Shown piece by piece: positions 36,084 to 50,100 of a DNA stretch of 64,000 bases; position 1 is the stretch's first letter; each line of letters starts with the position of its first letter. This stretch comes from Harriotta raleighana (taxonomy: Eukaryota): the NCBI GenBank assembly GCA_050575255.1, contig JBNZDD010013618.1:2669016-2733015 (forward strand), given 5' to 3'. Below the pieces are notes generated by a model that searched no databases, was not told where the DNA came from, and saw only the letters and a program-made list of their open reading frames with translations. Both the position numbers and the translations under genes were made by a program.

Positions 36084-39000
36084 ATGTCTTTTCCAAGTAC
36101 TCCAACAAAGAGGAAACGTCTGTCCCCTGGGGATGACTGGTAAAGGGTGACTTTTTTTGCAGTATTATGAAATTATCTGATTTTAATAACTCACAAAATA
36201 TCAGCATTTTGTGAATTAAGTTAGTATTGTTTGTGGTTTTCACTGAAGCTTGACTGGAGCGATATTTACAATAGAATATTGACTTTCAGATACCGATTGT
36301 CTGTGTTTTTGTTGATCTGCCCTGTGATTTTTTAAAAAAAGCAAAGGAATCATTCTCTTAAGCGTTTTTTTTTGGTCAGCCAGGTATCAGGCATATGTGG
36401 GAAAACATCAACAACAACAAAATTACATCTATGGAGTCCCCTTTCACCTCAGGAGTATCCAATAGTATCCAAACGGAACTGAGAATTATATGCTTTCCGC
36501 ATACGTTTAAAAGTTCACATGTTTTGGAATGGAATGCACATACTCTCCCTGCATATAGTATATTCCTGCTTATGAAAATCCAGATTTTATTAATTGTAGG
36601 TTGGGTACCCCAGAATGTGTATTGGAGACTATCTGACAAGCGTTCCGATTACTTTTCCAGCTAGGTTCATCCTACTCATTTGAGCTTTGGCTTCTAGTCA
36701 ACAGGAGTCGATTGGGAAGAATCCCTGCCCCCAGTGGCTGGTCTGACCTTCCAAGACTACCAATGAGCCAGGATGACTGGCCTGTCAATCGGGTTCAACC
36801 CACAGCTGTCCTTCCTTTCCCACTTCCGGTCCCTGACCAGGACTTCTTTCCTCACACATTGCCTGCCTCTGACCATGCCTTACCCCGGCCACAGGCAAAG
36901 CACTCGTNCGTGCGTTCGTCACTTCCCGCCTCGATTATTCAAATGCCCTCAGTCTCCCGTGCCCCACCATCCACAAAATCCATCCAATCCGAAACTGTNT
37001 GTGCATTCGTCACTTCCCGCCTCGATTATTCAAATGCCCTCATCAGTCTCCCGTGCCCCACCATCCACAAAATCCATCCAATCCGAAACTGTGAGTCATG
37101 TACTCGCTTCGTACTAAACTCCTTACCCCCATCACACCAGTTCTAGTCAGTCTCCACTGGCTCCATATTGAACGGATTGATTTTAAGATATTCACACTTG
37201 TTTTCAAATCCTTTTATGCCCTGGCATCTGGCTACCTCTCCGATCTGCTTAACCCCACTACCTGCTGCATCCCCTCGACTTTCTGGTCTCCTACATGTCA
37301 CTCGTGCTCTCAGTTCCTCTATGAGTGGCCACGCTTTCATGCACTACTCCCTGAAACTCGGGAAAACTTTTCCTCTGTCCCCCTCCCTTCCCAATCTTCA
37401 GATCAGGTCTGAAAATGTTCTTCGACATATGGTTGTTGTCCCTTCCCCACCCCCCCCCTTGGGATCATGCTTCACCACTATCAGAGACATTACATAAACA
37501 TAAGTTTTATCAATGTATGTTTATAGAATATTTATTTCATATCAAATGAACTTTAAATACACACAATAAACTTTCAGGATAACTTGCTTTATACAGTTAA
37601 TTAATTGGTTTTTTTCTGTTCCTAACAGTGAGGATTATACCCCGGTTTTTACTGGTGCACGAATATCAGGAACTCCATCAAAGCAAAGAATCCTTGATTT
37701 TGATAAAGTTGTCTCTCCTTCGACAAATAGGCAGCGGCGTGAATTGAGAAGCTTGCCGCAGTTAAGGCAATTTCAAAGGGACTATAATCCTAATAAAGAA
37801 AATCAACAAGGCTTTCCTAAGAAATCCTCTGTGTCTACAAAGTCTTTCTACAGTAAGACTAAGCAACTGTACCTCACTCCTCTTGAGAGGAAATTGATCA
37901 GTCTGAATAAGCCTGCCACACATGGTGTAGAGAAGCCGAAAAAAAAGAAAAATGCTAAAACTCCATTCAATAAGCAAATTAAACGAGGGAAAAACCTGTC
38001 AAGTGGGCATAAGGCTATGGCTTCACTGGATTCAAAAACGACACCAACAGATGAAAGCATTGATGAAAATGAACTGGAAAGTGCAAAACCTGAAGTAAAT
38101 AAAGTTGAAAGAAATATAAACTTGTCAAATGGTCGCGATTCGAAAGCTTTGTTTGATTCAGAAATTCCTCGTTGGTTGCCAACCATTCAGAATAGTGATG
38201 AAGATGAGAGTGAACTGGAGAATGCGGAGCCTCAAATGAAGAAGAAAGTTGAAAGAAAGGGAAACCTTTCCGGTAGCCATGTTGCAGCTTCGTTGGATTC
38301 GAAAAAGACACTAACAAATCAAAGCAAAGATGATTGTAGGAATGCTCCCACAAGACTGGCTTTGAAAGACGATATTTGTGATAAACCTGCCAAGGTGTTT
38401 CTTTACAGTTCAAAAGTAAATGGTGTCAAGGTACAGCAGAGATTCCGAATCCAAATGGGGGCTGCTTTCTTTTCCCCCAGGAGAAAATCCCATCATTTTT
38501 CTTCAAAGGCAATGGCAGTCGATTCGTTTTCAACACATTGCAACACTCAGTTCAAACAAAGGACGAGTAGAATTCAAGATGATCTTCATCCGAAGGAAGC
38601 CAAGAAGAAGGAGGTTTCTCAAGTGATTAATCAAAGCATTGCAAAGTGTGATCTCCAAAAGGTTTCGGAGGGAACCGACAAAATAGAGAAACTACAGATC
38701 GGAAACGTCAATAAAGTTACCGAGCAGCAGCCTCCCACCTGGGTTAACTTTGTGATTAAAAGGGATGTCAAGTTAATACTTCAGAGAATTGAAGTGCTTA
38801 GTTTTATTCATCCGGGATCGATCCCCAAGGACGCAAAGTCATTGCCAGTGGAAGATTTGACAGAATCGGTGAGAGTAAGAATAAAAAAAATTACTATTCC
38901 ACCCGCTACCCCACCCATTAAATTTCCATCAAGCTGCAATCTTTACAGTTTATGTACCATATACGCTGTTCTGGCAAATCATAAAAGGGGGTGATAGTAG

Positions 39001-42000
39001 TAAATTGATTTTGCACTCTATTGCCAGATAATTGCCTTATTTTTGTATAAAAGGAAGCTATGTGATAATTCTCATCACATCGCGAATCTTGCCCATTCTC
39101 ACATGAACGTTGAGTGCGACCCAGCTCAGGTCTAACACATAAAGTATGCAAGTGCTAGCGTCACAAAAATCATACAGTCCTAAAATTGATTTTGTGTTAA
39201 CCGGAAAGGCTTACTGTTTTTCAAAATTCCTGGGTAGCTTTTTTTTTTAAAAAAAGGTTTACCTTCCACAGCGTTGGGTAACTGCTGATGTCCCTTCCTG
39301 TACACGCACACAATTCGCAGGTGACCTAATGACCTGAAAGTTGGCCTTTTTTGGGGACTTCATTTAACCCCCGCGATCGACAAGGGTTAACTGTAATGCT
39401 AACTTAAAATGTCCAATAAGACAAATAATAGTCATGACTCGTATGACAAAGATATACTAAAGATCCATAAATGCATGGTTTTGCATATGAAGTCACGACT
39501 TGCTGATCTGTTCAGTGGTAGGACAGTGGAACAGTATTGCATGGAAACCACTCTTTGTTATTCTTTCATTAATTTTGAAGCTACACTTTTTATGTTTGTG
39601 GAGTGAAAGATGGGGAGAAAAATTTCAGTGCTAGATATTTATCTTGGGTATAAATGAATGGGGCATATATTACCCCATAGTAGTACATTATTTTCTTGCG
39701 ACCTTCTCACTGAGTTGAATTTGTATTCAGCTTTTGGTATTCAAACAAACTAGAGTAAAGCCAGCAACTGAGTGAAGTCAGTTTTGATATTTGGTGGTTT
39801 TGATAATCTCTTCCAACATTTATTTTAGAATTGGGATGGAAAAGAAACATAGATCTTCTGAATCCATCCATTTAAATGACAGCCTTGCTGTTCATTGTTA
39901 ACCATCTTTTAAAAAAAAAAGTTTTGCAAGTAAGCAGATCTTTTTATCACTTGTTGTGCATTCCCATGTTCAACACATTCACATCAGAGCTCGATATGGA
40001 TAATTGCTTTGTGGATAATTAGCATTTTACTATCATGATATCACTGAATTGTTGGAGGGGGAGAAGAACATAAATGAAATATTTTAATATCTGAGAGGGT
40101 ACCTCTACTATTCATCACTTTCAGGATTCAGAGTCAGAACAGGATGAACAAGAAATATGGAGAGTTCAGGTAGGCTTAGATTGAACTCTTCTAGATAGTT
40201 TCACATAGGCCTTTAAACTATAGTACTTTGATAATTTTACTAGGAGGTCAAATAGATAAATAGTGTCAAAAGTGATGAAATGCTCACTATGGCATTAAAG
40301 TGTTTGTTGTATTAAACCGGGTATAGAGGATCAAGTCCTATTTAAAGACCTTCCACTTCGACCATGACTTTGGTTACCCTCCCACTCACTTGCCCTCCAA
40401 CCCTCCTGATCCCAACTCAGATCCGAAAAGATCCTTGTTGTCCTGGGACGTAATTCTGTCGTGAACGGTGCTATACAATTTGTGGTTGTTTTCATTCTCA
40501 TATGGCCTGTTATACCTGACGTGGAACAACTTTGATGCTCGTATTAATAGTTAAAAATATGGAAAATGTACATTTATATTTAGCAAAGATGCATAATACT
40601 GGCCTAAATTGTTTAAGTGGAAGTTGAAATCAATGTTAATTGACAGCCTAACCTATCAATTATGTTAAGAATAATAATCATAACTATTTTTGCATTTGAT
40701 TTAGTGCCTTATCACGTCATTGAAGTCTCAAAGACTTCACGGGACACATTGCAAAGTAGATTGAATGTGTATTTTGTGGGTGAACTGCGGCACCCAATTA
40801 CACTCAGCAGTTGTGGATTGAGTGAGCGTATTATTTTCTAAAACTTTTTTAAAGGACTTACCTCCAGAAAGAGATTCACCAATCAGCTAACAACCGGGTT
40901 CCTATTTAATATTAGGTTACTCTTATGGGGTAAGGAAACTTGCCGAAGGTTTTACCATGCCTGGGAATTGAATCCGGGTCCTTTTGCTTGTGAGTCGAGC
41001 TTGCTAACTAGAACACTGCGGGATTCCTGAATTGGCAATTACCATTGTTTCATTGATCTTTGTTATATTTTCTCCTTATTAAGGAACACGATGCAGATGA
41101 ATCTGATTTGGAGACGGAAGACAGCATTGATTCTGAGAAAAATGGAGGTATGGGTTTAATCTAAGAGGTTTTATAGTTACACAAACAATTTACATTTGTA
41201 GAGTTGTTCACATTGGGGGGATATCTCAAAGTTTGCAGTATCCGTTTGTTTAGTCTGCATTTATTCTCGAATGAAACACCCTAAATAGATTCCGATTCAA
41301 GCATAATGCTACTAAAGAGTTGGATGGGAGCTCTTTTAGGGAGCGTGGCTTGGGCAGTCTTGTGAAATGTTATCCTATCATGTCTTTTTCTTTGTTTGTT
41401 TATATGTGTGTGTATCTAAATATATATATAATGTACTTGTATGCAAAATGTACTTGTGTTCAAAATACAAGTTGGGAGGAAAATATAGTACAGTATTTGA
41501 CTTATGCAATATTATTAAACATTTTTCCACTTTCAAATTCTTTGCCAGATGAGGTGGAATATATTAAGTTCATGTGAGAATGAGGAGGCGATAACAGTTT
41601 GTTAAACCGTATCCAAAATTAAACCAAGTGAATGTATACTAATAAAGATTCAGGAGCATTTCTGGATAGGGTTGTTCCAGTACCACTAGATGTTTAGTAT
41701 TTTATAAATGCACAACATGCTAGTGGAATCCAGGAGTCATGTGTATCTCTTTTTCCTTTTAGGCTCGGAACCGGTTTCTGCCGTCTATCCCATTTTTAGC
41801 ACTCCTCCTGCAGTCAGTAAAAGGTAATTGTTTCTAGTTAGAAGATGAGAAATGACACAAATGTACTTTAGCTCAGATTTTCAAATACTGGGGCTTATTC
41901 ACCATATGAAAATGATTGTAGAGCGAGCCATTTGTAGGATGAAGATATTACAGGGGCTTTTATGTTATTTAACTAACAACCAATGAAAATTATAGCTATC

Positions 42001-44110
42001 TTAATTAGTTAATTTAACCTTTTGAACAGATTTTTAATTTTTAAAAAAATATTTTAACACATACCATATTAATAATAGACTAAATAATAACAGAATATTC
42101 TATTAGCACGTTATTATTTATACTTAACTTCACAATCGTAGCACTGTTTTGGAGGTAAAACAAAACGCAACTTTAAAAAGCAACGAGTTTAGACCTAATG
42201 GCCAGCACACACACACAGACACACAGACAGAAACACAGACAGACACAGACCCTCAAAGATATTCAGTCTGAATCCATCATATAAATTCTGTCTACAATCC
42301 TCACCCCCCAATCCGTCCCTTTCCTCTCTCTGCATCAACCTGCCTGCCATTACTCTCTCTCTCTCTCTCTCTCACTCCATTATGCATTCCCCCATCTCTC
42401 TCTCTCCCTTTCCCCTATCCCTCATTCCCCCCCTCTCTCTTTCTCTGTCTCTCTATCCCCCCCCCTCCCTCACTCTCTCTCCGTTTCCTCCATTTCCCAC
42501 TCCACCCCTGCCCGCTCCCTCCCTCTCTTTGGCCACTCCCTGCAGCAGTATTTATTATGTATTCAGTACTTAACTTCCGAACAGCAGATACTCATGCGAT
42601 CGAGGTAAAAAAAAACACGACTTTTAAAAGGACCCGGAACGAGTTTAGACCTGACATTAAACGCATCACCGGATAACTTCCGGTTAATCAAATCGGGACT
42701 TTTTTTGAGATGGTGGTTGAACGGGTTTGCCGATTATTCGAGTCACGGATAAACGGTTTTACTGTATGTGGACAATGGGCTGAATTGGCCTCTTTTTAAT
42801 TTTCTATCTTTTGCAAGATATTTGGGGAATAAAGCTTAGATGTTAAGGCAGATCTCTGGGATCAGAGGTTTTATTTGGACTCCATTATAACCTGGCTCCA
42901 TAACATTAGGTTCTTGTTGTTCAAATAGGCGGGGGGTCCATACATAGTCAGTACATAATGCATGCTGACTCAAGGTTTAACAAAGTACAGTATAATTTGT
43001 TTCCAACTGGATTGCAGAATGGCCTGTGGCTCGATACACCAAATTGATTTCTCCTGTTCCCAATTTTCTATATGCGTATGGTGGAAAGCAAGCTCCAATA
43101 TATTAGTTACAGTACCACAAATAAGGTCTGAAAAGATGAATTGGTCTCTGGCTATTTGGCAGGAAACTGCAGTTTCCACTGTCATTGAACACTGGTATTT
43201 TCTGAGCGTAACACACACAGAATCTTGTTTTGATGTCTAATGCATGCAATAGATGTCTCTTCTAGGACAATAATGAAACTTCTTAATAAGAAACTGAACA
43301 GTGTAGTTTCAATAACATGTCTAAAATGTGTACACTAGTAACTGTCAACATGAAAGCTAGAAATTACTCAGTTATAAAAGCTTATGGGGACGCCAATGGA
43401 CTCCTGTCTGAAGCAGTAACTGTCCAGCGCCTCCTGACGTGAAAGACGCTACTCAAGTGTAATTTTGTTGTTTTGAGAGTCAGCACACACTTGAATCGAA
43501 GAATGGCCTCTAATATAAATTTCTGTGATGCAAATTTATGCAACTGTCCTCATCACATTTTGTTTTCTCTGGTGCAGACATCAGCTGCCGAAGAATGAGG
43601 TCACTTCTGTTGGACTCGAGACCTCCTTTATTACTGTTCCTGCACACCCACAGAAAAATAAACGAAAGAAAGATATTGGGAAAGAATGCAAGGATCAGCT
43701 CATAATTGTAAGCTTTAATAAATTGTGGAAAGACAAACTATGAGGAAAAACAACATAATTTAACACTAAACTCAGACTTGAAAATATTGTAATCCCTTCA
43801 TAACCACAGTTATTCAACTAGGCCTTGGCCAAAAGGAAGAGAATGATTCAGGGTGTTGCATTCATTTGATGCAGCATTTTAGCAGATGATTGAAACGTCT
43901 CAGAATGCTTCATTGGATTTATTGTGAAATGTGATGACTGTAGGTGAACACAACATTATTATAACAGCTACTTGTGGAACATAACTAGATGAATTGGCTG
44001 CTATTTTACAGAATAAAATCTTGTGAAATGCATTGAGAAAATTCAACAACGTAATTGGGTAGTGTATGAAATGCAAGAATTATTTTTACATAATTATTGG
44101 TTTAATTAAA

Positions 44111-44150
<40 letters not shown>

Positions 44151-47100
44151 CTATAGTCCCATCCATTTTCACACAATCTGGAGACAATTTAATTTTTCTG
44201 GAATTTTACAGGACGCAGGTCAGAAGCACTTTGGGGCTGTTACCTGCAAATCTTGTGGTATGATTTATACAGCGGCCAATCCTGAGGATGAAATGCAGCA
44301 TGTTCAACATCACCAGAGGTTCCTGGAAACGCTACGATATGCGGTATGAAAGTTTCACATTATATTTATGTGACAAGGTTCTTCAGAATCATGGTTGCGG
44401 ATATCAGTTTTACAACTTAACTCAAAATATTTTTTAAAACATAATTCAGATATGAGGAGAACACGGGCTTGGAATAAATGTGTGGAAGGCATTCTTTTCT
44501 TGTTGTTAGCTGGGATCTTCATCGTCCACATTCTACTGAGTAGTTGGTGACAGTTTTGACATTTTGCTCATTGGCACTTAATGCCTGAGTGATGCTCAGA
44601 AGAATTGCTCACAAGTGAAACCAATTGTGGGTCATAGGGGGAAATATCCTAGTATTCATCTTTTTCAAGAATGCAAATGTTGAGCAGTGTTATTCATCTT
44701 CTTGCAATATATTCACTGTGTTGGTGCCATTCAACTCGATTTAAAACATGTGAACACGCATCTGTTAACTAACATTTTACAATTACAAAAGGTGGTGGGT
44801 GGGGGGGTGACACCACACAAAAAGGATTTTGGTAATAAAGAAAATAAAGGGTATGTCTGTTAATTCTATAGGGATGGAAGAAGGAACGCATAGTTGCAGA
44901 ATATCTGGATGGAAAGATTATATTGGTTCTCCCGGATGATCCGAAATACGCTCTCAAAAAGGTAAAAGGCTTGATTTTATTTGTAAAAATCTGTAACCTA
45001 TATGTGCTTCAAATCTATTTTTAACTAAACTTGTTTAGTGTGTATGGCACATAGTAATTACATGGTGTTTTATTATGTTTGAAGGTAGAGGAACTGCTGG
45101 AGTTGGTTGATAGTGAACTGGGTTTTCAGCAAGTTGCAATGAGGAATCCCAGCCGAAGCAAAACCTTTATGTTCATCTCTAATGAGAAAAAGATTGTGGG
45201 CTGCCTCCTCGCAGAAAGTATCAAACAGGTAAAATGGGTTTGGGTGGGTGTGTAAAAGAGATGGTTCCCGTTAGTTGGGAAATGAGGAAATACTGATGGT
45301 GATCATTTGATTAGTATCTGCTGTTTACATGTAGTGCCAGATGGGCAATAAATAATAATAAATATTACAAATAAAATAATGCTTACATTTGATATATTGC
45401 TTTGTGGAAACATCCCAGAATACTTCAGAGTATTTCTATAGTGTAGGGATAGTATTTCAAGGCGAACAAAGTACAGTAAAAGCCTGTTTATCCGGCACCC
45501 TCGAGACCTGGCNATCTGGAGACAATTTAATTTTTCTGGAATTTTACAGGACGCAGGTCAGAAGCACTTTGGGGCTGTTACCTGCAAATCTTGTGGTATG
45601 ATTTATACAGCGGCCAATCCTGAGGATGAAATGCAGCATGTTCAACATCACCAGAGGTTCCTGGAAACGCTACGATATGCGGTATGAAAGTTTCACATTA
45701 TATTTATGTGACAAGGTTCTTCAGAATCATGGTTGCGGATATCAGTTTTACAACTTAACTCAAAATATTTTTTAAAACATAATTCAGATATGAGGAGAAC
45801 ACGGGCTTGGAATAAATGTGTGGAAGGCATTCTTTTCTTGTTGTTAGCTGGGATCTTCATCGTCCACATTCTACTGAGTAGTTGGTGACAGTTTTGACAT
45901 TTTGCTCATTGGCACTTAATGCCTGAGTGATGCTCAGAAGAATTGCTCACAAGTGAAACCAATTGTGGGTCATAGGGGGAAATATCCTAGTATTCATCTT
46001 TTTCAAGAATGCAAATGTTGAGCAGTGTTATTCATCTTCTTGCAATATATTCACTGTGTTGGTGCCATTCAACTCGATTTAAAACATGTGAACACGCATC
46101 TGTTAACTAACATTTTACAATTACAAAAGGTGGTGGGTGGGGGGGTGACACCACACAAAAAGGATTTTGGTAATAAAGAAAATAAAGGGTATGTCTGTTA
46201 ATTCTATAGGGATGGAAGAAGGAACGCATAGTTGCAGAATATCTGGATGGAAAGATTATATTGGTTCTCCCGGATGATCCGAAATACGCTCTCAAAAAGG
46301 TAAAAGGCTTGATTTTATTTGTAAAAATCTGTAACCTATATGTGCTTCAAATCTATTTTTAACTAAACTTGTTTAGTGTGTATGGCACATAGTAATTACA
46401 TGGTGTTTTATTATGTTTGAAGGTAGAGGAACTGCTGGAGTTGGTTGATAGTGAACTGGGTTTTCAGCAAGTTGCAATGAGGAATCCCAGCCGAAGCAAA
46501 ACCTTTATGTTCATCTCTAATGAGAAAAAGATTGTGGGCTGCCTCCTCGCAGAAAGTATCAAACAGGTAAAATGGGTTTGGGTGGGTGTGTAAAAGAGAT
46601 GGTTCCCGTTAGTTGGGAAATGAGGAAATACTGATGGTGATCATTTGATTAGTATCTGCTGTTTACATGTAGTGCCAGATGGGCAATAAATAATAATAAA
46701 TATTACAAATAAAATAATGCTTACATTTGATATATTGCTTTGTGGAAACATCCCAGAATACTTCAGAGTATTTCTATAGTGTAGGGATAGTATTTCAAGG
46801 CGAACAAAGTACAGTAAAAGCCTGTTTATCCGGCACCCTCGAGACCTGGCCAGTGTCAGTTAAATGGCATGCCAGATATTCAGTCGAATATCCGACGCTG
46901 AAAACCCAACACAAAAAAAATTAACTTGTTTTAACACATACCATATTAATAATAGACTAGATAATAACAGACCTTTGTTATTCACTTAAAAATTCATTTA
47001 AGCTGGCAGATGCTTGCTTGGTTTGAAGCCATAATGCTGGGGTACAGGTGTCCAGTCTATCAATAACTTCTACAATGGCGGACGTGACGCAAGGGAAAAA

Positions 47101-50100
47101 AACGGCAGCGCCACTTTAAGGCACTGCTAGCAGCATTCCGAGATACCGATACGAGGGGAAAAAAATGCAACGCCTCAATTGTGCCAGATAAGATCCGGTT
47201 ATTCGAATGGGGACCATTTTTTTGAGGTGCCAGTTATACAGAAGTTACAGATGATCGGATCACGGATAAATGGACTTTTACTATAGCTAGTTTATGCATA
47301 GCCCCCCCACACACCGAGGAACCTCCAGTTGTTTTTAACAAAATGGCTGTTTATGCTTGTGTTTGTGGGCTGCTTGATCTTGTCTAATGTTATTACCTTA
47401 CCGCAAGAATATAGAGTCCAATATTTTCAAACTATCAAATGCAATAGAGTTTACATATATATTGTGTATTTTACAGTCCTGAATGGGCTCACAAGCTGGT
47501 GTGGGAAGGGGAAAGATAATAATAATCCTTGCATTTGATGTAGCGCGTTCAAGTCTTTCTTGTCACTGTGCAAAGTGAACTAAACTGATGGTTTGTATTG
47601 TGTGGTGGAATAGGCATTAAGTTTATGGAGTTAATTTAAGGCTCAAGAAGATACTGAATGTGCTAATAAAATAAATTAATTTAACCATAACAAAACACAA
47701 AATACTGCAGATGGTGGAAAACTGAAACAAAAGCAGAAATCGCTGGGAACAACTAGCAGGTCAGGCAGCATCAATCTCCTGCCCTCTACCCCATTTTCTC
47801 CTTTGTCTTCCTTGCCCTGCCTCTCCATCTCTGTTAATCCTTAAATGCTTCTCCCTCCCAACACGCCCCAATTCTGACAAAGGGTCACGGACCCGAAACA
47901 TTGACTCACTTTTCCTTTTTCCATAGCTTAACTGTAGTTTGTTTTTCTTGTTGCCACCATTGATATTTCATGTCGGGAGGATAGCCCAAGGTGCTGAACA
48001 GTCAGGGGTCAGGATTTCTCCCTGGTTTTGCCTCCTACCCATCCTTCCCTCCCTCTTCCCACTTGCCAACATTTCTCCCTCTTTGCCCTCCCTGATTTCC
48101 CCCTTGTCCCCCTTTCTCCCCCCCCTTTTCTTCCCTGATTTTACCCCACCCCGCTTTTCCCTCCATTTCTCCCCCTTGCCATTTTTTCCCCCCATTTCTG
48201 TGTGTGTTTGTGGGACACTGCTGTGCGCAGTTTGCTGCCGCGTTTCGCCCACAAATATACAGTCAATTTTTCCTACTCCTTTCCCTGAACCCTCCCCCCC
48301 TATTTGGCTGTACAGCGCTTTGGGACGTCCTCCCGACGTGAAAGGCGCTTTATAAATAAAATTTTGATTGATTGATTGAAGGAGGGCAGAGAGGTAGGAG
48401 GGCGGTAGAAGGCATGCTCGAAAAGGAGGGTCTTCAGTTGGGCCTTGAAGGAGGCAAGGTTTGGAGCAAGGCGAAGGGATTGTGGGATGGAGTTCGAAAG
48501 AGTGGAGGCAGAGAGGCTGAAAGCCTGGTCGCCGATGGTAGCGAAGGTCGGGCGGGAGACATGGACTAGGCCAGAGCTGGCTGGCTGAACAGAGGGAGCA
48601 GACAAGTTGATGGGGGTGAGCAGGTCACAGGTAGGCGTGGAAGGCCTTGAAAGTGAGGTTAAATCAAATTGTTTTCTTGTGATGTCTTCACAGGCTTTTA
48701 GGGTCTTGTCTGAGCCTGGCGAGCAAAATCTTTTGAAGACACATGAGCCGTTTGAATATCAACGGGCCTGGTGCTGCTCTACAAAGCCAGAGGAGGCTGT
48801 CTGTGGCATAAGCAGAATCTGGGTCTTCAGTTTGATGCGAAGAAAAGACATTGCCAGTCGGATGATGGATACTCTCCGGTATGTGTATTTTAGCTCTGGG
48901 ACTAACGTAGGCAAATAATTTCTATTCAATACATTGCGTGCAAGATAATAATAATAATCCTTGCATTTGATATAGCGCTTTTCACATCTTATCGACGTCT
49001 CTAAAGCATTTCACAGAATATGTTGTAAAGTGAATTGACTGTATATTTGTGGGAGAAACATGGCAGCCAATTGCGCACAGCAGTGTCTGACAAGTCGCGG
49101 ATTGAAATGACCAATTTTATTATTGTGGTTTTTTTTTGGAGGGCTTATTATTAGGCATGTGGAGTAAGGAAACTTGCCCAAGGTTTCACCCTGATCTGCC
49201 TGGATTCCAACACAGGTCTCACACTTGTAATGCGAGTGCTCTAACCACTGAGCTACAGGAGCTCCACATTTATATTTATTTTCAGTTAAAATCCATCAGA
49301 CATGTATTTTGAATGTAAACAAGATGCGTAAAACTATCTTAAAGCATTTTAGAAATATAAAAGGTATATGGTTCTCATACTATGGTGTTTAATTTTCGGT
49401 CTTTAATAAATTTCGGTCTTTAATAAAATGTCATTGTTTCAAATGGGCTAAAGAGCCTTCTTTATTGGAACCTCTTTTATAAAAATAAAATGTTCTGAAA
49501 AATATATAGCCTTGCCAACAAAAATTAGATGAGTACTAAAGTGTTGAACGAGGAGCTTATCCAACCTGAAATCTACCAACCTGCCTGCAGTTTCTGTTTA
49601 GCAAGATCCTCACTCTTGCATTGAAATCCCTCCACTCTTCAAAATCCCTATCTCTCTGCTCATACCAGTACCCGCTGCTCCCACTCTACAAGGTTCGTCG
49701 TCCTCCTTGCCCCCTCCCCCGAATCCTCCACTCCACCATTGGAGGCTGTGCTTTCAGCCACTACAACCTGAAGCTTTGGGACTCCTGCGCTCAACCACTT
49801 TGCCTCACCAACTCCTTTCCCATCTTCAGGTTGTTCCTGAAGATCGTTTTCTTCCAACAGTGCTTACAGTCACCTTCCCCTTGGCTCTGCCTCAGGCTCT
49901 GCCATTATGAAGCATCTGAGACACTGCCCGGGGTGGAGGGTGTTATATAAATGCAAGTTGTTTTTGCAGCCTGCATTTGTGGTTGGGCTTTCAGCCTCTC
50001 TGCCTGCACTGTCTGGAACTTTATTGTGATATTTCTTCCCTTGGTTTATTTATTCCTCTTTAACCATCTTTGTACATATTCGTCCACCATCTCATGAATG

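Noticed and set aside
36908-37093. ~90-bp tandem repeat in an L2 fragment
   Set aside because: Bounded by single Ns at 36908 and 36999, so likely a haplotype or overlap artefact.
37744-38994. 416-aa ORF as a standalone gene
   Set aside because: It is the large internal ESCO2 exon (37629-38868) reading past its splice donor.
44176-46850. Tandem duplication of three in-frame ESCO2 exons, which would give a two-zinc-finger ESCO2
   Set aside because: The copies look identical including introns and are joined by a single N at 45513, where a MITE is cut mid-sequence. This is typical of an unmerged contig overlap. Read depth or long reads would settle it.
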